From a virus (lineage: Duplodnaviria > Caudoviricetes), in IMG/VR virus record IMGVR_UViG_3300013296_000013, positions 1 to 64,000 of that record: 64,000 nucleotides of DNA; one strand, given 5' to 3'. This document shows, piece after piece, positions 20,501 through 30,351 of the stretch (within the stretch, counting starts at the first letter, position 1; each line of letters starts with the position of its first letter). Below the pieces are notes generated by a model. It saw nothing but the letters and a program-made list of their open reading frames with translations, ran no database searches and was not told the DNA's origin. Position numbers and translations under genes: made by a program.

Positions 20501-22014
20501 ATATAGCCAGTTCCTGGATCGGTGACTACTGCTAGTTTGCTACCTTCTAGAGCCTGATTAGATGTTGATCTAGTTGTGACTAGAAATTTGTCTAAGACGA
20601 AATTTCCAGCTTCTTCATAAGTGCGTCCAGCAATAGTATCCATAAGAGTACTATATTGTGTCTGTTTATTTTCCTTGAACGGATTTCCATCCGAAAAATC
20701 TACGATCGAGAAAAACTCATTATTAGATGCGGCATTATTTGCCGTTACTACTACTAATTCTGGAATTAGCTGAAGTCTATCAGCTCCAGGCGCAAATTCA
20801 TTTTTAGTTCCAGTTGCGTTATCTAGAAGACTATCATCAGTGTTCGAGTCGATCATTATTTCAGAGGTGTCAAAACCAACAGAAATAGCGTCTGGCGTGT
20901 TGCTATACTTATCGACTATAACGATCTGAGGATCTACGTGTAGAAAATATCCCTTCTGATATATAACACCCTCAGTAACGCCGAAAGCATAACCAGCTCC
21001 AACCGAACTTTCATCGTCATTGATTACAACCTGAGCGATGTAATTTTGAGCAGTTAGAGAAAGATCGCTGTAATTGCGAGGACCGGTTTCATTAACAGCA
21101 CCAGCAGATTTTACTGTAGTGTATGGTGAAACGTAATAACCCTGTCCGTTATTTACGATATCGATCTTATTGATCTTGCCAGTAGAAGCAGATGTAGTTA
21201 GAGTAGCTTGCGCGCCCGATCCTATAGTTTCAATAACAGTCGCTGAAGCGCTTGTCACACTTCCTACGATATTAGAACCAGTATCAAACTGCCATATAGT
21301 TGCAGATATTTCAGTATTGGTTAGATCACTCTGACGCGGACGCAGATGAAGAACTATATTATTTTTAACAGTTTCAATACTATCAATAATAGCAATGTGA
21401 GTATTACCGCCAGACTGGGTGATAGTTTCACCAACAGAGAAAGCGTTAGTTGAAGATACATTGACAGCTATAGCTGAACAGAGAACCACTGAATCGTTAT
21501 TAGCGAATCCAGTTGATCCATTGTTAACAGTTAATTTGTTGATAGAATCTAGATAGTCATAGATCTTTAGAGTTGATGATGGTGCAAATGATGTTTGTTG
21601 TCCATCATCGCCAGAATTAATATAGCGTAGGTATATAGTTTTAAGGTCTGGATCGGTTGATTCATAACCATCAGCTGAATTGATGATCATAGCTGTTAGA
21701 TTAGATGATGGATCTGTTACAAAGGATCCAACATATTCAGCTGGAGCTGCAGGAAGACCATCTAATTGGCTATCATTGATCTTTACATAATTGTAATTCG
21801 AATGATATACAAAGTTAACACCATCAATAATAGTTCCACGCTTATAGATGTTATTACCAAACTTTTCAATTTGGTTTTGTAACATCGCTTGAAGTTGGTT
21901 CATCTCACGAACCTGTACAGCCACAGTTGGCTTAAAAGCTATTCTGTGATAGTTCTTCGTCTCATTGTAATCGTCGAAATAAGGAGAGACGTTGAAGTCT
22001 TTATTTACAGGCAT
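17527..22014 (-). CDS. VrlC/DUF4815-like virion protein with Pro-rich linker
   Basis: NVSPYFDDY...FKP..AVQVREMNQLQ, APGADRL, YTMTDIGQLDRRL, RFKFGFFADDF. Confidence 0.85.
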   Translation of the reverse strand: MPVNKDFNVSPYFDDYNETKNYHRIAFKPTVAVQVREMNQLQAMLQNQIEKFGNNIYKRGTIIDGVNFVYHSNYNYVKINDSQLDGLPAAPAEYVGSFVTDPSSNLTAMIINSADGYESTDPDLKTIYLRYINSGDDGQQTSFAPSSTLKIYDYLDSINKLTVNNGSTGFANNDSVVLCSAIAVNVSSTNAFSVGETITQSGGNTHIAIIDSIETVKNNIVLHLRPRQSDLTNTEISATIWQFDTGSNIVGSVTSASATVIETIGSGAQATLTTSASTGKINKIDIVNNGQGYYVSPYTTVKSAGAVNETGPRNYSDLSLTAQNYIAQVVINDDESSVGAGYAFGVTEGVIYQKGYFLHVDPQIVIVDKYSNTPDAISVGFDTSEIMIDSNTDDSLLDNATGTKNEFAPGADRLQLIPELVVVTANNAASNNEFFSIVDFSDGNPFKENKQTQYSTLMDTIAGRTYEEAGNFVLDKFLVTTRSTSNQALEGSKLAVVTDPGTGYINGYRIQTTSNYVVNVDKGVDSRTATGLNTTIDYGNYVVVQEFTGNFDFDIGGVVQLYDTPRGYMSNTALISAGTIAPIGTQIGTAQVRNVVYDNGVVGTPSATYRVYLFNIQMNNGMNFSQVRSLYFDSSNDGICDVVLTFDATTNTSISKLQDIKSGTSLLLDTGSDATNNLDNINYTYRMVDETPTLSTGGASSVLLTDPSEYFAYESSTLTSNELDSLVVVPTSNNVLLQVNASANGTAAAVTGSNNITLSITSTINKYDIGDFVAVFSDATNYVIRRVTGKTSSQLNLDSTLGFTLSSANFTKVFPKNTPINIDKLGGSAVLTSGGKSLNINIGLLQNSTSVNLSIGYDVRVVDASPVTKVANRNLFVKLDLNNNPALLNGPWCLGVPDVFRLKNVFLANSSTVNVSSTDVTEQFFIDNNQTPDYVGLSYLIKRPDANINVPAGTWLLVEFDAFTSGSGIYTINSYVSSNNVQRFADDSLTLSALGSKVNSFEIPELNTSSGKYFDLANYIDFRPVVANTATLSTSVASATVNPAEGITFSGNNKKFPLPQSGVTFDRSYFLGRKDIVVVNTDNKISVVRGTPSETMPYPDPKIPNNSIVLSKLDIPSYPCLPEHFSNNTRSILDKKMSSELNLVRRIVDKTVSSETTPADIDISQPRAYTMTDIGQLDRRLSNLEATVALTLVENDLKDKVIPSTVDPTINRFKFGFFADDFTNSNNSDTANPEYQASILNSRVLPFAESTLVTHGKGFLIGSFASQQALVTQDLASNPAPPPPPPAPPSPAPAPSPAPSPVPAPAPSPAPPVVKPPAPAPSPPTPPAPKPPVDTTQYSAACYVTPGTFSAQGIGLDTQFLNYNITNVVQNVSLVGLKPNTLHTVTIAARDDDEYYISAVFGGSQAAGTNKIMSDSTGKANFTLSLDAYGISTINRFIQNYIYANSSLFEYLNVHVESSDKHSIADFTIHLTASRQIIKAYMGGNWSTFNGYSIY

Positions 22015-22023
22015 CGTTGTCCC

Positions 22024-24075
22024 TTAGAAACTTAGGATTATTTTAAATGTCTCGCTTTGTTCATCAGCGCGCGTAATAGGAGAAAGATTCTCGACATAAA
22101 ATATTTCGCCTGATCCGAAAACTAGATCTGGTAAGTATTTATTCGTAAGTGTAGCAATTGCGCCACTGTCTTGGCCTACAATTTCATCGGTCATACCAGG
22201 ATCATCAACCGAAGTGTTAAAAATTCCAAGTTGGTGTGTTACAAGAATTCTCTTCTGTCCTGTATCTGGATCATCGGCAATCGAGTGAAACCTAGCACTA
22301 GACACATCATTAGCCGTTTGTGTTACAGCTTCATCCTGTATGAAATTACCCTGAGTCATCGTTCCGATATAACTTACAGCTTGAAGATACGTTAAAAATC
22401 CTTTATTCTTACTACTAACTTTAATCGTGTTGATATGTCCTACGGTTCCAGTTTCAACACCGATGAACATATCACCAACAGAAAAATCACTATCACAGTT
22501 AGTTAGAACTACAGTATTTGCGCTAAACCCATCAACCAACCCAGAAGATGTTGCTCTTGCTAGATAAACGTTCGCAGCATATTCACTAACTGTATCAAAA
22601 CTGGCATTAGCATTGATATAGATCGATGTATTACTTACCGATAGAACATTAGACATCTGATATGTGTTTGAATATGAAAAGAACAACTGATCACCAGGTG
22701 AAACAACAGTTGACGGATTAGCTCCATTAACAACCAATTGATTAGTTAACTGATTATTAGAATTTCTAGTAGTCGATATAGAGCCAATCAGTTGTATTGG
22801 ATCGATCTTATAAACCATTTCATTAATAGTGAACTGTTGGTTTAAATCATTGCTAGTAAACGTTACGGAATTAAACTTCGGATTCTTGATTATACCAAGT
22901 TGCGAGTAATCATTATCAACTGGAATAGTATTAGCTTCAGTACCAGAAAACTTCATCCCAACGCAGACATAATGACCAGCTAACTCCTGAGTCGGATTGG
23001 CTCCATGACCGTTAGATGGAGAATATATTGGATAAACACTAGCTTCTTCGGTAACACCAACAGATGCTGAATACATAACGGTCGCTGAAGCTGTATGATA
23101 TCCAACACCGCGATCTAGCATCTCAATATGATCTACAGTGTTTCCAGCTGGATTAATAACTGCTCTAGCATGAGCATTGACAGTCTGATTACCATCGCCT
23201 TTAATTAAGACAGAAGGATATATTTCGAATGTAGATGTATTCTCAGGAAGATCCGCTGGATCAAACGCATTAATAAGGCTAACATAATTTACAGTGCTGT
23301 TTGACACATATGTATTAACCTGACGGTATTGTCCGGCTCCGGGCCCTGATGATATGTAAAGCCAACAAGCATCATAGAAGCCATTAGTAGTTTTAGCTCC
23401 TTCTACTGATAATCCATATTTCACAGGATTACCATTGAGACGGATGTCTCCTACTCCAAAACTACCAGTCAAATAATTTGAATAACCCTTTCCAGAATCA
23501 GCAACAGAAATAACATCAATAGAACCATCTATAGCTTTTGATTTAACTCCATCATCGATGAATACTGGAAAATAATCTGATGTAGCGAATTGAGCTGCTA
23601 CAGGCTCATCGGCAGAATACATATATTTCCAACGATATTTGTCTGTCGGAAAGAAAAAGTCATCGTTGTCAACACTTACGTAGTTGCGAGATGGGGCAAC
23701 TATGGATGGAGAACCACCCGCATTATCTAAACATTTAAAGACATCATATTGACTGCCCTCGTGAACAACAACATAGAAATTTTTACTCAAAAGATCTGGA
23801 TCGTTGTGATCGTACTTAGCATATACAGTATTAGAAGCGTAATCATGGCGCTTGATCATCAACTGCAAGTTAGATGCATTGATACGTTTCCCGAAAATCA
23901 TAGCATAATATGCTTCGAGAACGGTATTACGTGAGTTGTCATATGGTTGAGCGACCGTATTTGGATTTAAATGATTTCCAGCATAAAAATAGAACTGTCC
24001 ATTGCTAATAGAATCAATATAACGCAGTGCTCCATCTACACGATATTCGTTAGTATTAAGTGACTTCGATTCCAT
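22024..24075 (-). CDS. gp8: Baseplate wedge subunit (gp8-like)
   Basis: FYVV...VFKCLDN...DKYRWKYMY, GHGANP..EL, C-terminal SGEIFYVEN..PITR...QSETFKIILSF. Confidence 0.85.
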   Translation of the reverse strand: MESKSLNTNEYRVDGALRYIDSISNGQFYFYAGNHLNPNTVAQPYDNSRNTVLEAYYAMIFGKRINASNLQLMIKRHDYASNTVYAKYDHNDPDLLSKNFYVVVHEGSQYDVFKCLDNAGGSPSIVAPSRNYVSVDNDDFFFPTDKYRWKYMYSADEPVAAQFATSDYFPVFIDDGVKSKAIDGSIDVISVADSGKGYSNYLTGSFGVGDIRLNGNPVKYGLSVEGAKTTNGFYDACWLYISSGPGAGQYRQVNTYVSNSTVNYVSLINAFDPADLPENTSTFEIYPSVLIKGDGNQTVNAHARAVINPAGNTVDHIEMLDRGVGYHTASATVMYSASVGVTEEASVYPIYSPSNGHGANPTQELAGHYVCVGMKFSGTEANTIPVDNDYSQLGIIKNPKFNSVTFTSNDLNQQFTINEMVYKIDPIQLIGSISTTRNSNNQLTNQLVVNGANPSTVVSPGDQLFFSYSNTYQMSNVLSVSNTSIYINANASFDTVSEYAANVYLARATSSGLVDGFSANTVVLTNCDSDFSVGDMFIGVETGTVGHINTIKVSSKNKGFLTYLQAVSYIGTMTQGNFIQDEAVTQTANDVSSARFHSIADDPDTGQKRILVTHQLGIFNTSVDDPGMTDEIVGQDSGAIATLTNKYLPDLVFGSGEIFYVENLSPITRADEQSETFKIILSF

Positions 24076-24084
24076 TGATTATCC

Positions 24085-26601
24085 TTAGACGGTTCCATAC
24101 TCTATATCAGTCGACATATGAGATGTTTCCGATGATATTACTGTGCTCATTAAGATAGATGAGAAACTCTTTGTGCCTGAGACATGAAGAATGTTTCTTA
24201 ACATATCAGTATAACGATCTAATGTTATTGGAGATTTAATCTCATAAGAGAAATCCTGATAATAATCTCCATCGTAGAGATATTTATCGTCACTTAAGAA
24301 GCTAGCGGTCGATTTAGAAAAACCAGAAGCCTTTCCATGCGTAGATACTGTTGATAGTGCAGACCCAGCTCTAGTTCCATCTTCTGATATAAACGTAATG
24401 TTTTCATTATTTCGATAATTAAAACCTGAATCGTAAACTTTAAGAAGAGATGCTGCAGATGATGATGAGATAACGTTAGATGTAACTATAGCATTATGGC
24501 CCATAACACCATCTATGTCGTAAGTTACTTCATTAATATAAGCATTAAAACCAGACGTCTGACCTAATACTAGATATGGCGTAGTATTTCCAACAGCCCA
24601 ACGATCTTCAAAACTATAACGACGAACATGAAGCTCTGAAGTATTAGCAAACTTAACTAAGCCTATGGCTCCGTTCTGAGCTTGAGTCACTATCTCACCT
24701 ATAGCAAAGACACCAGTAGCACTATTAATTCTTAGCACAAAATCCATCTTATGCATAGCAGAAAGAAGAGGATCTACAACATCAACAAATGGAGCATATG
24801 AATAATTGATACCAGGATTCGCCTGAGTTAAACGAGCAATAGTTCCAACCGTTTTGTTTATAAAAGTTAAAGCTGCTCCAATAGTCATATTTGTAGCATT
24901 AGCATTATTAAGAGTTGCACCATATGAAATAGCATTCAACTGATTAGCTGGAGTCACATCGATATGATCATGAAGATAGTTATTCGATAATGACACTATC
25001 TCTGGATTAAGAAGATCAGTATCAAAACTAACAGATGCCCCTGTTCCGAATGGAACATTGATTACAGTAGCACTAAACATCGAATTATTAGACGTATCAG
25101 TGATAATATTCCCTGGTTTGCTATTAAATGATCCGGTTACATTAATAAGACCCAAATCGAATATGCACGAATTGATCGAAACATTATCACCTCTGTTTTC
25201 TCCTATCAACTTGAAATTAGTTAAGAATAAACCTTCGATATTATCAACCAATATAGAAAACGTATTTGAAGTTATCGTATTAGATTGAATGATCTGTGCA
25301 CGAGCAAATACAGCATTATTGCTCGATATTTGATAAACATATTCACTGATTCCGAACGGATTAGTTCCACTGCAGATCAGGTTGAAGGTATTGCTATAAC
25401 CATTAAGAGATCCACTAGCACTCTGATCAACCCAACCAGCTGAATATACGTCGAAACTAGAAACATTTCCTGACTTATAATAAGTGTACGGGCCTGGAGC
25501 ATATGGAGATGTGTTTCCAGATATAGTAGATAATAAGAAATAGTTTGTAGTGTTAGTTAATCCATATTCTGCAGAGATAATATTACTTACACCTCTAACA
25601 CTACCATTAGCTTCAAAATTAAAGACCTTATCTCCAACTCCAAAACTAGCTGTATTATTATGCCATTGAACGTTTGCCATAGGCTGAACTATAGTGGTAA
25701 TACGATCATAAAGAGTCGTATTATCGCTGGTCTGTAAATGAATATTTGATAACTGTAGAACTGTATTAGATACATTGATGTGACTATCAGAAGTATAACC
25801 CCATCCACCATCTATTAACGCAAAACTAGCGATTCCAGTAATAGTTTGTAGATCTTGAACAATAGCTTTACCCTGAGAGCCAGTTTGTGATTTAAGATCG
25901 ACTATCTCGCCTTTACTAAAACCATCTCCACCCTCGATAACCTCAAGAGACGACAAAGATCCAGTCATTACTGGAAAATCTGTCATATCGATATCAGATG
26001 ATCCAAAAAGAGCGATTATTTCTCCGGTCTGAAACTGACCATTTACAGCCGAGATGTATAATACTTCGATGTAAGTGTTATTAACCTTACGACGTACTAA
26101 ACTCTCAACGAATGCTGTAGCTCCAGAATAAACACCTTTAACTTGTCGTCCTACTAACAATCTATTAACAGGTCTAGACGTCACTTCGATGTATTGCGGA
26201 ATATTCCACTCAGAATCAGACAGTCTGAAGACATCATTTCCTGGATAATATACTTCAGCTGGCGCTGAAAAGATAAGATCAAAAAATAGTTTAATTCCGT
26301 TATCAGAGCCTTTAGCACGATAAACGTCAATAGAATTCTTAACAAGTTGCTTGGTGTTTGTAGCGGTGTTAAGCTGAATATTTTTGAGATATTTTTCTTT
26401 AAAGTATACAACAAAATCATCGATAGTCGTATCAATGTCATGATTATCTTGATAATTTCTCGCTAGATAAACTGGAGAAGTTGTATCTGTTTCTAGCCAA
26501 ACATAATACTGTTTGATGAATTCAACAAGAAAAGGTCCATCTTCACGATAGATCTCTGGAAATTGTTGTTGTATAAAAGTCGAGATCTGAGTTTCATTCA
26601 T
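24085..26601 (-). CDS. gp7: Baseplate wedge initiator (gp7-like)
   Basis: QQFPEIYREDGPFLVEFIKQYY, YRAKGS, DGDYYQDFSYEIKS...HVSGTK; sits between gp6 and gp8. Confidence 0.82.
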   Translation of the reverse strand: MNETQISTFIQQQFPEIYREDGPFLVEFIKQYYVWLETDTTSPVYLARNYQDNHDIDTTIDDFVVYFKEKYLKNIQLNTATNTKQLVKNSIDVYRAKGSDNGIKLFFDLIFSAPAEVYYPGNDVFRLSDSEWNIPQYIEVTSRPVNRLLVGRQVKGVYSGATAFVESLVRRKVNNTYIEVLYISAVNGQFQTGEIIALFGSSDIDMTDFPVMTGSLSSLEVIEGGDGFSKGEIVDLKSQTGSQGKAIVQDLQTITGIASFALIDGGWGYTSDSHINVSNTVLQLSNIHLQTSDNTTLYDRITTIVQPMANVQWHNNTASFGVGDKVFNFEANGSVRGVSNIISAEYGLTNTTNYFLLSTISGNTSPYAPGPYTYYKSGNVSSFDVYSAGWVDQSASGSLNGYSNTFNLICSGTNPFGISEYVYQISSNNAVFARAQIIQSNTITSNTFSILVDNIEGLFLTNFKLIGENRGDNVSINSCIFDLGLINVTGSFNSKPGNIITDTSNNSMFSATVINVPFGTGASVSFDTDLLNPEIVSLSNNYLHDHIDVTPANQLNAISYGATLNNANATNMTIGAALTFINKTVGTIARLTQANPGINYSYAPFVDVVDPLLSAMHKMDFVLRINSATGVFAIGEIVTQAQNGAIGLVKFANTSELHVRRYSFEDRWAVGNTTPYLVLGQTSGFNAYINEVTYDIDGVMGHNAIVTSNVISSSSAASLLKVYDSGFNYRNNENITFISEDGTRAGSALSTVSTHGKASGFSKSTASFLSDDKYLYDGDYYQDFSYEIKSPITLDRYTDMLRNILHVSGTKSFSSILMSTVISSETSHMSTDIEYGTV

Positions 26602-28409
26602 TATTCTCTGACCGTTTCTACTTTAATAGTGACTTCGTCTAGTTCAATCCTAAAGATATCGTTCTTAGCTGAAGTGATATCTCTAGAGGCTGGAGATGCG
26701 TACATACGAATGCTAGCACCATCATACTTATCAACATTTAGATTAGTTATCTGTATAGTTCCAGTGTTGTAATCAACGGTGCCGATATTTTTAACTAACG
26801 TATAATCGGCTCCAGATGGAGTCATCAATCTTAAAACTCCATTTCCATCGTCTTCAATTATAACCGTTTGGCTGTTAAAAGTGAATGGAGATGAATAAAC
26901 AGTTCTAAGCTCATCAGTAGCATGAGTTGCTGCTAAAACTGGAATGTCGTTTCTAAATGGAACTCCGTATTTTATATCGAAATTCTGAGATACTCCAAGA
27001 TTTGGATTTATCTTTTTGTAGATATGAACATTCGTCTCATTAGCAACTATTGAATTATGAGCATCGTCGATAGCTCGAGCAAATCTAGAGCCATACATCG
27101 TAGAATTAAAATCATTTAGATTTGTAGTATTAAAATTTTCAATAGCAGCACTAACTAGAAGACTGATCTCTTCTGGTTTCAGAGTAGTGGTGTTTAAATT
27201 ATACTTAACGGTAGAATCTACATGAGCATATATGAAAGTTGGTTCAATAAAGACAGGGCGCATCGGGCCGACCATCTTTGGCTTAATAAAGCTAAGATAT
27301 TCTTGCTGTTTAGATGATGGAATTCCATCAACCCCAGAAATCGATAGAGCGATAAACACTTTTCCATACTGTGGTGGATCTACGTTCTCTCCACCATAGA
27401 CGGAGATAGCCTCTATCTCCGGATAGTTGCTCTTGAATAGATCTTCATAATCACTATCAGTTACAGCTCGTTCTTGAGTTTGATAATGTCTTGGCGCATT
27501 ATACTTAATGGAGTCGATAGATTCTGCTACATCGCCACCGTGAGCTGCCGTAATAGTCGTAACACTTATTCTACCAGAGCTATCTGAAGTTAGATCAGTA
27601 TCGGATACAAAAACAGTAGCTCCGTTTGGAATAGAACCAGAAGATACACGATATTGAACAGTGATGAATGATCCATCAGCTGGACGACGTCCTAAGATAT
27701 CGTCTCCAAATATTAGCTCATATTGATCGTTTCCTGTAGATTGAAGGAAATAATTCGTTGAGTTTTTATCTAATCCAAGAAGAGAATCTGATAATGTGTA
27801 GCTTAATAAAGTTGATCCACTATCTTCAACCACATTAACCACGGTTGAAGTAGTGTCTATCATCTGGTTAGACAGAATGAACCTCTGAGATTCGTCTGAA
27901 TAATCCATCGTAAATGTATCAGTAACATAAAAACCCTCATAGATTTGAAACTGATCAGTTTCTATCTTATAAGTGCTCGTATTAGCATCTAGTTGACCAA
28001 AATAAACTTGTGCGGCATTTGTTGTGAAACTAAATGTCTGAAAATTATATGTTGCTGTAAAAGAAGTACCTTTAGGTATGGTGATTAGGTTATTATTGTT
28101 CTGTTCTACATTGAGTTTGATTGTCGCAGAGGCAGATCTAGCAGAACGTGGCCTATAATTGAGCTCTTTGGCGTGTGACACAACAGAACTTCTAAGTTGT
28201 GCACTATCTAGAAAGCTTTCTGATGCTAACATGTTCATGTAAGTCGCATTAAGCGAAGTATTGTAGGCGAGAAGATCTAAAAGGACGGACATATTGGATC
28301 CGTCGAAATCATAATCCTTAAAAACTGCTTGTGACTTAAGATGGCTCTTCAGATTCGCTTTGATGCTATCGAAATCGAGAGTAGCCAAAGTGATGGTGTT
28401 GTTAGCCAT
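26601..28409 (-). CDS. gp6: Baseplate wedge subunit
   Basis: LDFDSIKANLK...FKDYDFDGS...LLDLLAYNT, ESFLDSAQLRSSVVSHAKELNY, QERAVT. Start moved to ATG 28409 (AGGA upstream). Confidence 0.96.
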   Translation of the reverse strand: MANNTITLATLDFDSIKANLKSHLKSQAVFKDYDFDGSNMSVLLDLLAYNTSLNATYMNMLASESFLDSAQLRSSVVSHAKELNYRPRSARSASATIKLNVEQNNNNLITIPKGTSFTATYNFQTFSFTTNAAQVYFGQLDANTSTYKIETDQFQIYEGFYVTDTFTMDYSDESQRFILSNQMIDTTSTVVNVVEDSGSTLLSYTLSDSLLGLDKNSTNYFLQSTGNDQYELIFGDDILGRRPADGSFITVQYRVSSGSIPNGATVFVSDTDLTSDSSGRISVTTITAAHGGDVAESIDSIKYNAPRHYQTQERAVTDSDYEDLFKSNYPEIEAISVYGGENVDPPQYGKVFIALSISGVDGIPSSKQQEYLSFIKPKMVGPMRPVFIEPTFIYAHVDSTVKYNLNTTTLKPEEISLLVSAAIENFNTTNLNDFNSTMYGSRFARAIDDAHNSIVANETNVHIYKKINPNLGVSQNFDIKYGVPFRNDIPVLAATHATDELRTVYSSPFTFNSQTVIIEDDGNGVLRLMTPSGADYTLVKNIGTVDYNTGTIQITNLNVDKYDGASIRMYASPASRDITSAKNDIFRIELDEVTIKVETVRE

Positions 28410-28437
28410 GGCATCCTGCAAAATAAAGTTGTCCTAG

Positions 28438-28444
28438 TATTTAG
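28438..28444 (-). promoter_or_regulatory. T4-type (gp55) late promoter; others at 3302-08(-), 7892-98(-), 17524-30(-), 56260-67(-), 62579-85(-), 63033-39(+), variant TATAAGTA 62560-67(+)
   Basis: (C/A)TAAATA immediately upstream of structural operons (gp6, gp13, gp48, gp2, fibre genes). Confidence 0.8.
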
Positions 28445-28490
28445 TAACTTTGCTATTGACAATTTTCCAGCAACATGATATAAGAGTTCT

Positions 28491-28928
28491 ATGGAAAAGC
28501 AGCAGAATTACATACTTGATGAGTTGGCCGCTATAAGCGAAGATATGAGTCTGTATGATGATACAGAGCTAGGAAAGCTGAAGGCGCGTCTAGTTAATGA
28601 AGGTGCTAAACTGATTAATGTTACTCTTGCTCCAGGTTGCACCGCGACTAATGAAGAGATCGCGGCAGAAATCAACCGAGTAGATGAAGAGTTGAAAGAT
28701 CCTGTTAACAATCTGATCGCTCTTCTTAGCGGTAGAGAGTTCTTGCTGCGAGATGCTGCAATGCAGCGAAATAAGATAATATCTGACACTCCGTTCTTTG
28801 AACCTATTCCTCTGACATACGAACAGAAGGATAAAAGGGAATTTGCTGAACTTTTGGGTGAGGCTATATCTATGATTAAGAAGCTTCGCGATGAGAATAT
28901 CGAGCTGCGCGATCTCGCTAACTCATAA
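28491..28928 (+). CDS. Hypothetical protein, possibly leaderless
   Basis: 145-aa ORF starting 6 nt after a TTGACA-17-TATAAG promoter. Confidence 0.75.
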   Translation: MEKQQNYILDELAAISEDMSLYDDTELGKLKARLVNEGAKLINVTLAPGCTATNEEIAAEINRVDEELKDPVNNLIALLSGREFLLRDAAMQRNKIISDTPFFEPIPLTYEQKDKREFAELLGEAISMIKKLRDENIELRDLANS

Positions 28929-29028
28929 TATCGTAAGTTCATATAACTCAAGAAATGAAGTTGTTAACACAGATCATAAAATAAATAAACCGGTTGACAA
29001 TTCCAGCTCTACATGTTAGAAAGTAGTT

Positions 29029-29271
29029 ATGCCTCAGCAACTCCAACCCCTCGGTGTATCGTCTTTAAGTGCAGTACAACAGGTCCTAGTGGACAAAGAA
29101 AAGAGAGTTTCGCTCGGTAACCTTCTCCAAGTTAGTTATGGAGAGACTATATGCGACGATATCTTTGATTCGCTCATGAGCACATTAGATTCGATTGGAT
29201 CTATAAGAGTTCATCCTGAACTAACATCAACTTCGTCGAAACTAGATAGGCTTCTCACGAACAATTTGTAA
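29029..29271 (+). CDS. Hypothetical protein, possibly leaderless
   Basis: 80-aa ORF starting 6 nt after TTGACA-17-TAGAAA. Confidence 0.6.
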   Translation: MPQQLQPLGVSSLSAVQQVLVDKEKRVSLGNLLQVSYGETICDDIFDSLMSTLDSIGSIRVHPELTSTSSKLDRLLTNNL

Positions 29272-29285
29272 TAGTGGATTTTGTT

Positions 29286-29543
29286 ATGAATAAACTGACT
29301 TTTGAAGATGTACAAGCACGAGTCACTATTGCTGTTCTGGAAATCCTAGAGGAGAGCCTCGGCCAACAGATCGATATAGATGATGAACTCGAAGATCTGA
29401 ACCTCGATTCTCTGGATCTCGTGGAGATGACCATGGAGATCGAGCAGCACTTCAATCTCGATGAATTTAGCGACGAAGAACTCGATAATTGCATCACGGT
29501 CAAAGACCTAGCCATGCTTGTGTCGGACAAAGTTCATTTCTAA
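29286..29543 (+). CDS. acpP: Acyl carrier protein
   Basis: DLNLDSLDLVEMTMEIEQHF...ITVKDL; phosphopantetheine-site DSL motif; acidic, ~85 aa. Confidence 0.88.
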   Translation: MNKLTFEDVQARVTIAVLEILEESLGQQIDIDDELEDLNLDSLDLVEMTMEIEQHFNLDEFSDEELDNCITVKDLAMLVSDKVHF

Positions 29544-29988
29544 GATCATCTATAAGAAGGGAGACCTTCTTCTGTCTAGTGAGCGTCATATCGCTCACGG
29601 GTGTAATGCGCAAGGAGTGATGCGCAGCGGCATAGCTAAATCTATTCGTGATAGATATCCTCAAGCTTTTGAAGATTATTACGCCGAATACGTGTCTAAT
29701 GGCAATAAGCTCTATCTAGGCGAAGTAGTCATCACGAAGTATCCAGAGAGGTGGATCTTCAACTGTATCACCCAAGAGTTCTACGGTAGAGACACGTCTG
29801 TTGTTTATGTTAGCTACGAAGCTATTCATGACATGATAATCGCTCTTAATCTTATCTGCACGTGTAAAGGAATCGACAGGATAGCTTTCCCTAAGATCGG
29901 AGCTGGCCTAGCTAATGGCGATTGGTCTAAGATCGAAGCTATATTCGAAAAGCATGCAGATTTTGAAGTCGTTGTTTATGAGCTCTAA
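29518..29988 (+). CDS. Macrodomain (ADP-ribose hydrolase, T4 tk.4-like)
   Basis: KGDLL...IAHGCNAQGVMRSGIAK...FPKIGAGLANGDW. Start codon uncertain. Confidence 0.92.
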   Translation: MCRTKFISKIIYKKGDLLLSSERHIAHGCNAQGVMRSGIAKSIRDRYPQAFEDYYAEYVSNGNKLYLGEVVITKYPERWIFNCITQEFYGRDTSVVYVSYEAIHDMIIALNLICTCKGIDRIAFPKIGAGLANGDWSKIEAIFEKHADFEVVVYEL

Positions 29989-30064
29989 TCTACCAACATA
30001 TCTTTACATAATTGGAAGCTTGTTCTTTCTAGCTGGAAGTGTAATCTCGCTGTTGATCAGATGA
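29978..30064 (+). CDS. 28-aa membrane micropeptide
   Basis: MSSNLPTYLYIIGSLFFLAGSVISLLIR; fills the gap and overlaps the next gene via ATGA. Confidence 0.65.
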   Translation: MSSNLPTYLYIIGSLFFLAGSVISLLIR

Positions 30065-30351
30065 ATAAGAAACCAGATCTAATTAAGCTGTTCGATCTAG
30101 AAGGAATGGTCGAACCTAGGAGAATCTATGATGAGACTACTGACGACATTAGTCGAAAGACTCCTTATGTCATCTGTGGAGAGATCCATCTGCTCCTTGA
30201 CATGCTTAATATCACGTTCTTTCAGTGTGATCTAGAAACATCACTTAAAGTTCTTCAAGCGATAACTCTGCGTACGGCTTTTCTGCAGGAACGAGTTATC
30301 GATGTTAAGAACATCATCGATCTACGGAGAAAGAACAAGAGTGATGATTAA
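30061..30351 (+). CDS. Hypothetical protein
   Basis: 96-aa ORF packed in the operon. Confidence 0.65.
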   Translation: MNKKPDLIKLFDLEGMVEPRRIYDETTDDISRKTPYVICGEIHLLLDMLNITFFQCDLETSLKVLQAITLRTAFLQERVIDVKNIIDLRRKNKSDD

